Part shown: piece after piece, positions 1 through 12,900 of the stretch
How the letters are laid out: each line of letters opens with the position of its first letter
How positions within the stretch are numbered: the first letter of the stretch is position 1
DNA from: Nemertoderma westbladi
Taxonomy: Eukaryota > Animalia > Xenacoelomorpha
NCBI GenBank assembly: GCA_032718475.1
Contig: JAUCBJ010005164.1
Location: 1-64,000, forward strand
DNA: 64,000 bases
Reading direction: 5' to 3'
The notes under the pieces: model-generated
The model's database searches: none
The model's input: the letters and a program-made list of their open reading frames with translations, nothing else
What the model was told of the DNA's origin: nothing
Program-made: the position numbers and the translations under genes

Positions 1-470
1 AAATATAAGCAAAATCTAAGCAGTTGTCCCTTAATCACTTTACACCTAGAGGTAGTCTGGATAACTGCAGTCGATTTAAGACCTCAGAAAAATATTAAAT
101 GACACAGCTAATGGTCTAGTACTATTCTGCCAAGTTTCCGCTTCAAAGCAATGGGAGGACATTTAATGTTTAGACATGTAGCTATCTAGCAGGAGACTGT
201 TGAACTGTTGGTGTCAAAAGTCGCTAAATAATGTCAAGTTTTGGACATATTTATGCCTACAAATTTTCAATTCGACAGCTTTAAATCTGACAAAGTTATT
301 TGAATGTTACGTTAATGAAATCGTTACGACAACAACTATTTGCCATTATTGACATACTCCAACAGTGTCAGTTCGCCAAGGCTCTGCCAACTTCGTGGCT
401 CGCCCCACACACCTTTCAACAATATTGATTATATTTATGTGCTAAATTAACTTTCACTTTGTTGTATGAT

Positions 471-529
<59 letters not shown>

Positions 530-687
530 ATCTCAGTAATGGGTTTGCCCCCCCAGATTTGGCCTCTGCCCCCCCCCCCCCCCCAGATTTGGCCTCTGCC
601 CCCATAGATATTATGATCACCATACATACGGGCTTGCAGTACAACCAGCTACCAACCAGGAGAGTTGCGTGTACGAGTACCACCTAC

Positions 688-906
688 CTTTATCACAAGG
701 GCCGTAGTTCCCGACTGTCACAGTGGAATGGAAGTAGCAGTTGTGGATGTGAAGGGCACATTCCGAATGGAATTCATCTCCGTTAGCACCACAAATGGTG
801 CCGCTATTGAACCAGTCTGGAAGGCATGCGTCACATTCGCAATGGGGTTGTCCGTTGCTCATAACACAGGACATTCCGTTACGGCAGATGATATCAGAGC
901 AATCAC
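688..906 (-). CDS. Exon: follistatin-N + Kazal-like domain 2
   Basis: [27 protein letters not shown]...[20 protein letters not shown]...VGNYGPCD; acceptor ttatag before 906, donor GTAGGT after 688. Confidence 0.8.
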
Positions 907-3900
907 CTATAAGAAATTCATTTCGGGTTATATTATAATTGCGATGGTTCATTAATATAAACTTTGAGATAATAGATTTGAGATGGACTATCTGATCAAA
1001 GTTGGTATCTGGTCAAAGTCTTCCCTCCAGTAACCATATGTACATCCAAACGATTACTATCCTCTAACATAATACTTAATTAAATTATCATCATTAGATT
1101 TCTAGCCAACCACTCACTAGCGCAAGCTCCGGCGTACTCCATCGTTAGACCAGTGTTTCCCGTTCTACACGCAATAAGGAACAGATCCTCGGAATCCCTG
1201 TATGTGTTCCCGTCTGTTCCACAAACGACCCCTGGCATCGGCTGGCAATGGGGCGGTTGACATATACACTGACAACTCGGTTGCTCGTTGACAACAATGC
1301 AGGTCTGAAGTGGTCTGCAAACACCTTCGCGACAAACAGCTGAAAAATAAGCAAGGAAAATTGGGAATAGAGCAAATAATGTATAAAAAATATCAACAAA
1401 ATATATATTAAACGTCGAGTTTTTCACCAAACTGAACTAATTTTGAAAACTTACGTTCGCATATGTAACCATTTCCATTATAGCCGGGCTGACATGCGCA
1501 AGTATAACCACCGTCAATGTTGATGCAGGATCCCCAAAGATTATTGCAGTTATGGGAGCCATCCAGACATTCATTCACATCTAAGGGAGAAGATTATTAT
1601 CAGTTGTTGGTAACAAAAGTCATTCAGATGTGTGGATGCTTACCATAATATAAAAACAATACACTGCAATACAATGATGGTGATATTCCGTTACAGTACG
1701 ACTAACTAATACGACACTTACCTGTACAGCTATCCACACCGTTACCCGAATATCCTGCAGAGCAGAGACATGTATAAGATCCCACAGTATTGACGCAGTA
1801 TGCGTTGTCAGCGCATTGGTAGTCACCGGTACTGCACTCATTGATGTCCACACAGTTCGGTCCCCGACGTTGATATCCTGGGAGGCAGGCGCAGTCGTAG
1901 CTGCCTGGTGTGTTAGTACACTGGGAGTTCGCGCCACAAGAGTTGGAGCTAAAAGGGAAAATCATTGGATTAGTGCAGTTAGGCAGTTGGATTCGGGGTA
2001 GTCACACAGAATGGTTACATTATTATTTATCGTTGCATCGGGCATTTAGCTCGGCGCAACGATAAGCCAAACAGAAGATATGTAACATTGTATTTGTAAC
2101 TTTTACTTTCATGTACCTATTAATACCTATATACATTGCTTGGTGTATTGTTATTGTTTATGTTTACGTAATGTATACGAAATATATCATTTTTTTTTTT
2201 ATATATACATTACGAAATTTATATCTATAATAATGCTTTTTGATACGCAGTCACATAGAATAGACTAACCTGGAACTACACTCATTGACGTCGTCGCAAG
2301 TAAACCCGTTTCCGGAGTAACCATCCCGACACTGACAGTCGAATCCTCCATCCGTGTTGGAGCAGAGCGCGTTGGCGGAGCAGCTGGCCGATCCCTGGCA
2401 CTCGTCAACGTCGTTGCACAGCAACCCGGTACCCTGGTAACCGGCGGGACAGACACAGACATAGGAACCGATGGTGTTGCTGCAGGTCGCACTCGGATCA
2501 CAATCGGCTCGGTATGGACTCCCAATTGGCTCCAAACATTCGTTTATATCTGAGATGGGGAGTAATCGAAATATTGTTATCTTTATTTAAAATAAATACA
2601 ATATTTACGCGAATATCAAATAAAAAAATTGGAGAGATAAGTGGTTTAAATTAAAATAAGTAGACCGTTATGACTCGCTTTCCTATTTTGCGTCAATATC
2701 TTTATACTATAGGTCAGAAAAATATTAAATGTATTAAATATTAATATGAGTCTACAATTTGGTGTTCGACTCACCTTCACAAGAGTTTCCTACACGCCGG
2801 TATCCAAGTGGACATACGCATACATAGGATCCGGGTGTGTTAATGCACAGACCTACACCGCATATGTCTGTGTCGGAACATTCGTTGTCGTCTGTGTTAA
2901 ATAATAAATACAATATATATGTTCTATAATATATATGTCTTATATGTTCTATAATAAATAGAACTCCCAGACCATACCCAAAGAGAATAATAGACTAACA
3001 AATATAATGTCAAACAAAACACTTACTAACAATAATATACTATACTTCCCACACTAACCAATATACTTCTCACACTAACAAATATAACTCTCACACTAAC
3101 CAATATACTTATCACACTAACCAATATAACTCTCACACTAACCAATATACCTCTCGCACTAACGAATATACTTATCACACTAACCAATATAACTCTCACA
3201 CTAACCAATATACCTCTCGCACTAACGAATATACTTCTCAAACTAACGAAAATACTTATCACACTAACCAATATAACTCTCACACTAACCAATATACTTC
3301 TCACACTAACAAATATAACTCTCACACTAACCAATATACTTATCACACTAACCAATATAACTCTCACACTAACCAATATACCTCTCGCACTAACGAATAT
3401 ACTTCTCAAACTAACGAAAATACTTCTCACACTAACCAATATATCTATCACACCAGCCAATATACTTCCCTTCCCGCAATAACCAATATATTATCTCATT
3501 ATCCAATATAACTAAACAAATATTTTTCAAACTAAACAAATAATTATCACACGACCCAATATACTTCCCATACTAACCAAATACTTCCCACACTAACCAA
3601 TATAACACCCATACTAACCAAAATAGCTCCCACACTAACCGTCGCAAAGAAACTCTGGTCCCGGGGTGGCGTTCCCACTCTAACCAATATATTTCCCACA
3701 CTAACCGTCGCAAAGGAACTCTGGTCCCGGGCTGTCGTTACCACACTAACCAATACATTTCCACACAAAAAGTCGCCGAGGAACTCTGGTCCCGGGGTGG
3801 CGTTCCCATACTAACCAATATTTTTCCCACACTAACCGTCGCAAAGAAACTCTGGTCCCGGGCTGTCGTTACCACACTAACCAATACATTTCCACACAAA

Positions 3901-6900
3901 AAGTCGCCGAGGAACTCTGGTCCCGGGGTGGCGTTCCCACACTAACCAATATATTTCCCACACTAACCGTCGCAAAGAAACTCTGGTCCCGGGCTGTCGT
4001 TACCACACTAACCAATACATTTCCACACAAAAAGTCGCCGAGGAACTCTGGTCCCGGGGTGGCGTTCCCACACTAACCAATATATTTCCCACACTAACCG
4101 TCGCAAAGAAACTCTGGTCCCGGGCTGTCGTTACCACACTAACCAATACATTTCCACACAAAAAGTCGCAGAGAAACTCTGGTCCCGGGGTGGTGTTCCC
4201 ACACTGACCAATATATTCCCACACTAACCGTCGCAGAGGAACTCTGGTCCCAGGGTGGCGTTTCCACACTAACCAATATAACTCCCACACTAACTAATAT
4301 AATTCCCTCACTAACCAATATAATTCCCACACTAACCAATATAACTCCCACACTAACCAATATAACTTCCTCACTAACCAATATAATTCCCACACTAACC
4401 GTCGCAGAGGAACTCTGGTCCCGGGGTGGCGTTCCCACACTAACCAATATATTTCCCACACTAACCGACGCAAAGAAACTCTGGCCCGGGGTGGCGTTCC
4501 CACACTAAGCAATATATTTTCCGAGACAGGGGGGGGGGGGGGAACTCGACGCAAAACCCGCCTTGGCGAATTAATATCCCGCCTCAATGTTAAATTCTCA
4601 ATTTAGGGAAATCAGCTGGTTACAGTGTCACGTTATTTTAACCAAATTTGCTCGTATTCAGCTGTTATTTGCGTCGAATTTCCCCTGGAGAGGGATGAAT
4701 TTTCATTGCGTCCAGTCCCCCCCCCCCCCCCATCTGTATTTTCCACACTAACCGTCGCAAAGAAACTCTGGTCCTGGGGTGGTGTTCCCACACTAACCAC
4801 TATAACTCCACACTAACCAATATACTTCTCACACTAACGAATATACTTCTCGCACTAACCATTATATCTACCACAAGAGCCAATATACTTCCCACACTAA
4901 ATAATATACTTCTCACACAAATGAAATGTTTTTCAAACAAATAATTATCACACGACCCAATATAACTCCCACACTAACAAATATAACTCTCACACTAACC
5001 AATATACTTCTCACACTAACCAATATACTTCCCACACTAACCAAATACTTATCACACTAAATAATATAACTCCCACACTAACCAATATATTTCCCACACG
5101 AACCGTCGAAGAGGAATTCTGGTCCCGGGGTGGCGTTCCCACACTAACCAACATATTCCCACACTAACCGTCGCAGAGGAACTCTGGTCCCGGGGTGGCG
5201 TTCCCACACTAACCAATATAATTCCCACACTAACCGTCGCAGAGAAACTCTGGTCCCAGGGTGGCGTTCCCACACTAATCAATATATTCCCACACTAACC
5301 GTCGCAGAGGAACTCTGGTCCCAGGGTGGCGTTTCCACACTAACCAATATAACTCCCACACTAACTAATATAATTCCCACATTAACCAATATAACTCCCA
5401 CACTAACCAATATAACTTCCTCACTAACCAATATAATTCCCACACTAACCGTCGCAGAGGAACTCTGGCCCCGGGGTGGCGTTCCCACACTAACCAATAT
5501 ATTTCCCACACTAACCGTCGCAGAGGATCTCTGGTCCCAGGGTGGCGTTCCCACATTAACCAACATATTCCCAAATTAACCGTCGCAGAGGATCTCTGGT
5601 CCCAGGGTGGCGTTCCTACACTAACCAACATATTCCCACATTAACCGTCGCAGAGGAACTCTGGTCCCAGGGTGGCGTTCCTACACTAACCAACATATTC
5701 CCACATTAACCGTCGCAGAGGAACTCTGGTCCCAGGGTGGCGTTTCCACACTAACCAATATAACTCCCACACTAACTAATATAATCCCCACACTAACCAA
5801 TATAACTCCCACACTAACTAATATAATTCCAACACTAACCAATATAACTCCCACACTAACCAATATAACTTCCTCACTAACCAATATAATTGCCACACTA
5901 ACCGTCGAAGAGGAATTCTGGTCCCGGGGTGGCGTTGCCACACTGACCAATATATTCCCACACTAACCGTCGCAGAGGAACTCTGGTCCTAGGGTGGCGT
6001 TTCCACACTAACCAATATAACTCCCACACTAACCAATATAACTTCCTCACTAACCAATATAATTCCCACACTAACCGTCGCAGAGGAACTCTGGCCCCGG
6101 GGTGGCGTTCCCACACTAACCAATATATTTCCCACACTAACCGTCGCAGAGGATCTCTGGTCCCAGGGTGGCGTTCCCACACTAACCAACATATTCCCAC
6201 ATTAACCGTCGCAGAGGATCTCTGGTCCCAGGGTGGCGTTCCTACACTAACCAACATATTCCCACATTAACCGTCGCAGAGGAACTCTGGTCCCAGGGTG
6301 GCGTTTCCACACTAACCAATATAACTCCCACACTAACTAATATAATCCCCACACTAACCAATATAACTCCCACACTAACTAATATAATTCCAACACTAAC
6401 CAATATAACTCCCACACTAACCAATATAACTTCCTCACTAACCAATATAATTGCCACACTAACCGTCGAAGAGGAATTCTGGTCCCGGGGTGGCGTTGCC
6501 ACACTGACCAATATATTCCCACACTAACCGTCGCAGAGGAACTCTGGTCCCGGGGTGGCGTTAGCGCCGACTGGAACCGGGTGGAATCCGGCCCGACATT
6601 CGCATCGGAATCCGCCATCCGTATTGACGCACAGCTGGCTGTGGATCCGACACCAGTCCCGCTCCTCCGCACACTCATCGTCGTCTACGCAAGTGCCGGC
6701 GTCGTTGTGGTAACCTTCGTCGCAGACACAGATGTATGACCCCTCGGTGTTGATACAAGTACCGTGGGCTGAGCATGGACTACCGGCAGGGTCCTCGCAT
6801 TCATTCACGTCTACAATAATACCGAATTAGGCTATAAATATAACGATTTTCAAACGATGCAAATTGTATGACAATAACAATAACAATTAACTACTACTAG

Positions 6901-9900
6901 AAAAAATACTTCAGACTGTGGATGGGAGATTATAATATCAAAATAAGACAGTAGTCAATATCATTTTCCATGATACAGTTTAAATCGCACTCTCATATTT
7001 CCAATGGAAAGTGTAAAAGGGACACAAAGTATAAAAGACTTGTACTTTGCATTTGAACTGCTACAGTAATTATATTAAGTAGGCTGGCTGGCTGTAACTG
7101 AGGAAAACAATACCTTCGCAAACCGTTCCATCACCCTGGTAACCGACATTACAAGCGCAATAGAAACTCGCCGGTATGTTTACACAATGGGCATTCTCGT
7201 CGCATTCGGCTTCGCCATTCTCACATTCGTTGTCGTCTGTGAAATATAATTTTTTGAAAATCTGAACTTAGTGAAATGTCTCACAATGTGGCATATAAAA
7301 CAACTTTGAGAGTAATATGGTGATAGTGGCAATAAAAAATATGTGACGTAACTAATAATACAGTATTTCGATTTTTTCAGTATTCAAGGGTGAATGAAGT
7401 ATTTCATGATTCAAAAGTAGACTTGATGAAAGTGGATAAGCTTTAGCTGAAATATCTTAAAACATCCACTTTTAGTTAACGCGGTGATTACAAAATTAAC
7501 ATTATCTGGAACACATTTAATTAAATAAACTACATTATTATAACAACATTCTGTGATTAACCCATGATAATTGATAGCTAATTAGAAACAGGGAATCGGA
7601 TACCTTTGGCTGTAACAATAAGCTGTCTAAAACGATGGCTAGATACGATAATAGTCGTCCTAAATTGATTGAGGAAGTAAGTCGAAATTCGAAATATATT
7701 TTTCTGGACAAACCTGTAACTATGGTTAGAATGAAGGAAGGCAATTTTAGGAGTAAGTGGTTCGAAATGACAGTACCACCCGGTACTGAAATCGTATGGC
7801 GTTTTAGTGAAGCTAAGGAAGATGCAGAGGGGAGCCTCACACTGGAGTATCCCACGGGCTTTCCGATACCGCCTTTCCCAATTTGCTCGATTTATAGAGA
7901 CAGCGTAGTGAGTTTGCACAATGCATCTAATGAAATAGTGACAATCGAGGCGAAACATTCCTTCTGGGAATTAAATTTCCAAAGTCAAACGAAAGCAGTC
8001 AAATTTGAAGCCGGACTCAAACGAAAAATCGCTGAGCTCATGGGAGAATTCTGCCGAAACGGAGGAAAATTAGATCCTATCACCAAAGATGTCAGACGAT
8101 TCGCCAAAGAGACTCCGAGATGGATGGATGCATCTAACATGGCTGGGAGAAGAGGTATTTTTAAAAGATGTAACAGTTTGTTTTAACCAGGTTGTTTTCC
8201 TAAATAAAACATTAACTTCTAGCTGAGCAATGAAGATAAATGATAAAGAAAAGTAACAACAACTAGATTTATAAAAATCAAGGGGACAAAACTTGGGTGG
8301 AGGATGTGTATTAATGTCACACCAATTATCATAAATTATAAATTTTCATTGCTTTCCTAAGAAATAAATAAAATTTTAAATATATTCCACGATTTTTTTG
8401 CGGTTTAAAATTTTACAGAGCCGAAAACATCGCGCCTACAGTAAATAACAGAATATAGGTTTACTGACAAGAAGATAATTAATTACGTTAAATGAATATG
8501 CCTAATAATAATACACCAAGAACACATTAAAAACATCAATCCAATATGATTTAATCAAGCACTTCATTCCAAAGATTTATAATTAATCTGCAATGGTTTC
8601 AGACTGCGTAGCGTAAGCCGTAAGGCTCAATATAATTTATAATTATAATCCTTTTTGGCCATATTCTAGAATATTATTTAAGCCTAATAAAGAAACAAAC
8701 GAGTTCTTTGCAAGTGAAAACAGTCCCAACGAGATCTATTTGATTTGATTTATATTTTCTCATAATTCTAAAATTTCTTTCAAGTGTTATTGGCACCCCA
8801 ACACCAGCGATAAATACTTATGAAATTGAAAGTATTAATGATATTGTGTGAAAGTGTGAATATTATATTTAATTTAACATTTTATTGAGCTAATGTAGGG
8901 TGTTTAACATTCAACATAAATTCATACTCCGAATTAGAGTCGATAACCATAATATTGTGCTTTAGAAAAATTTCCACTTATGCCACTATATAATTATATA
9001 TTTACGTATATTTGTGTAATTTGCAACAACTATAAATATCGTCTTATTATTGTGTTATTCGTTAAACCGTATTTTAGCATTTATTCGTATTATAATATTA
9101 CTTATGCATTGCTATCCTATATATTTTCTATATCCTATTGTCATTTAGTAAGGATTAATATTATAGTGCAATTGAACCAGTTAATATAATGTATGTTTGT
9201 GGGATGGTTGCAATAGCTTAGAGCTAGTCGAGGCTACCATCTCACCAACTGACTATAATAGGAAAGTACTGTACGTAGAAATTAAATTAAATATAAAACA
9301 TAATGTTAGCAACAGGTATCATGTTCGATTTGTTTTTACGGAAATTCGCAGAGAATAGGATACATCTGAATTTAAAAAGAAACTCAAATCATGGTTAAAT
9401 TTGGCCGTTTAATTCAGGTTATATGGTCTATCAGATACTTTTTAAGGAGGATTTTAAAAATTTGTTCCTTTTTTGCCTTACAAATGTTATTCGGTAGCGC
9501 ATTCCAGAAAATAGGACCAGAAAATACCAGAGAAGGACTAGAAAATCTAGAATTCTAATTAAAAAAAAACTAAAAATATTGGGTCCAATTCATAAATTGA
9601 AGAAGTTTGTAATATGATTAAAACCGATAAAGTGATCAGTTTTTCATGATTAGTACATATAAAATGGAATAAGACCATTTGAAAGAATATTTGCCATATC
9701 TTAGCTGATCGGGAGCCACGTAGGCAGATGTAGTAGGTATTGTAGTAAGCTGACATCAATAGACCTCAATAAGTCGGCAGCGAACCCACAGCACCCAATC
9801 TCGCTTTTCCCAGTCCGGGCCTCGCGTTTCTCGGTGTCTCAGATAACAATCAAATAAGGTGATTTATTGATTTTGTAGTTTTCCCGACAGTAAAAATAAA

Positions 9901-12900
9901 CTATTAGACAATAAATTTCATATAATCGCGTAGGTACATGACAAATTTATTTAACAATTGACGTAACAATAGAATAGAGAGAAACCTACCGACACATATC
10001 CCTGAGATTGCCGAACGACTGAATCCAGGAACACAATCGCAAGTAATAGTGCCGGCTAGACTAACTGATACACAGTACTCGTTGGCCGGGCAATGATCAG
10101 CGGGTATATCCGAACATTTCGGGTCGGCTGAAAAATAATTTAATATTAAAATTACTAAATTGGCTTCTATCGCATCCGCTAAGGAATATTAGTCGCATTA
10201 TCTTTAACTTTGTAATTTTGTGTTGGTTTGCGAGTCAGTAACTAATTAACAGTATAAATAAACTATCAGTGAATGATACTAAATAATATAGTAGGCCTAC
10301 TACACAGACACCACATATCCTATGGGGAATACTTGCCTAGAAATTACGTTACATATTATTATTTTCCTATGCTTGCGAAATTATGCAGGTTAGTAAAGAA
10401 ATGGGTTACAGGGACAGGGTGACGGAACCAAAACAACAAACAAGAACATCTACGTAGATGATGACATCTACGGCTTACAAACTTCAAATACATTTGACAT
10501 ATTAAATTAAATTAATTACTTATTAAATTAGACAGTTTAATTAAAGTAACATATTTGAAACTGCATTGGTTAATTTTTTCCCCAACCACATATGTGATAT
10601 ACTTACGGTCACATCTAACGAATGCGTCGCCATGGAAACCGGGTTTACAAACGCAAGTAATTCCGCCTGGTGCGGATTCGTCTTCGACGCACATCGCATT
10701 GGCAACCTGACCACAGAGACCCCCTGGAAGAGAATGAGTTGCCATTAATATAGAGAGATACTATAGAGGTAAATTTGTACAATAAATTCTTTGTGGATTA
10801 GAACAACGCAAGCGAGTAAGTACTTAGGGACAGTTTTGATCAAATCTCCCTTAACTCTAAATGGGTACTTAAGCTGGAATGAGCTGGAATAGTAACGGAA
10901 AATGTAGTTTTTTAAAGTCCTTGTTTTGAATACTTAAATTAAATTAATATAATTAAAACAATAATTAATCAATGTTTCAGAGAGTCTATTCAGAAGCACA
11001 AAGACTGCACCCGGTACATACTGACCAGTCCCAAAGGACGCTCTACACCTTCTATACGTGTTGTGATGGTTTACTAAATGAAATGCGATGAGATCCTAGG
11101 ATGAGTGCTTCAGAGAATCAAATGGAATTATAAATTATTTAGTTGTAGCAATAATGCAACATTTTAAGAATAAACCTACATTTTCAATTTTGTACAGTAA
11201 ATAATTTTATTCACAATACAACAGAATAATAGTCTCGTGCCCACGTCAAACATTGTTACCAATCCGTCTGAATGGTGTTACTCACCTGGTTCATTTTGAC
11301 CATCACAAGGAAGCTCTATAAAGCACTCATCTGTCTCTGGGATGTAGATAGCGCCCGGTGGACACACACACTCAGGTTGTCCGTTATCGTTCACCTTGCA
11401 GACAGATTTCTTTGGACTGGTACACTTAATCCCATGACACGGTCCCGGAACTGAAAGGAATAGGTTAGAAACATTTACTCACTTAAGCTAGAGGTTACGA
11501 ATGATTCCCCACCTAATTATTCATATCAAGTGAATTCATAATTAATAATTTGAGAGGGAGGGAATGGGGAGTCGAACTTAATATGGTTACTTACAATCTC
11601 GTGAATACCTTCATGTCGATTTTATAGACTTACGTTCGCAATTTTTACCGTTCCCAAGTTTCGGAGGTACACACTGGCATCTGAAACCCCCGTCAGTGTT
11701 GATACAGATGGCATCGAAGGGATGGCAATCGTGTGTGTTCTCTGTACACTCGTTAATATCTGAAAATAAATACAATTATTCGTTTTAGTAAGTCAACGCA
11801 AAACAATTAACATCCACGTTAGAGATGAAAACGTCTGAAAAAAGTCAAGGAATTCCTTCATGCGAAACACCGACACCCGCCATTACTTAGACCGAAGTTT
11901 AGTTCGACAGTAATTAAATGCTCAGGGATATGATTCTTTAAAATACAATCTGTGGAGCAACTAGATTATTACATACAAGTACAACAGATATTGTTTTTGT
12001 TGCGCACACTAAAATTTATTACCCCGGTACAACATAATATATTTAAATACATAATAAGGTCAGTGTAATTGTTTACGAGTTCTGTATACAGAACTCGCCT
12101 TGATACATCTTTGTTAAAAAAAAAATGAAATAAAAAAAATGAAATAAAAAAAATGCAATTTAAAATGATTTCAAAAACGATATATATAATTATATTCTGA
12201 TACAAATGATCCTAACCTTTACAGCCACTGGGGTGATCTCTGTAACCCGATGGACACAGGCAGGTGAACCCAGGGTCTTCGTTCACACACTCCTCTCCCG
12301 CGTTGCAATCGTGAGTGCCTTCCTCACACTCATCAATATCAACACATTCCAAGCCGTTCCCGACAGCTCCTAAACACATATCGAAAAATAATAATAACAT
12401 AAATTATGTAATGTGATAAATACTACAATTTCATAATTTTAAATCATTTTGTGTAAATTTGATCATGTAAGTTGTGTCATTTAATTAAAATCCTGAGAAA
12501 ATTATTTTAAACAATACGGGATTTCTTGTCTCACGAATAAGTTTGGAACCTCTTTAAATAAAATAATTCATAACAATAAATAGTCTTACCGTCATTGCAA
12601 ACACACAGGAATCCGGGAGCAGTGTTAGTGCAGGATGCCCGATCTGCACACGGGTGCTCCTCACACTCGTTGATGTCGTCACATGCGGGTCCCTCGAACC
12701 CATTGCGACACTCACAGGAGTATGAACCAGGGTTGTTGGTGCAGGTAGCGACACCCACGCATGGGTTACTTGCACATTCATTTATGTCTGCAAATAAAAA
12801 ATGTGCATAAATTATATACCATAAGGCCAACAGGCATAGAGACCAATGTAACTTAACAATTTGTTGGAAATATCAGGTTTCTTCCATTATTGGCTCAAGG

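Noticed and set aside
447-786. Poly-Pro / poly-Gly ORFs
   Set aside because: Produced by a C homopolymer (472-529) whose length may be a sequencing artefact.
3026-6511. Hydrophobic (ILVSVGV)n ORFs
   Set aside because: Translations of the 21-bp donor minisatellite.
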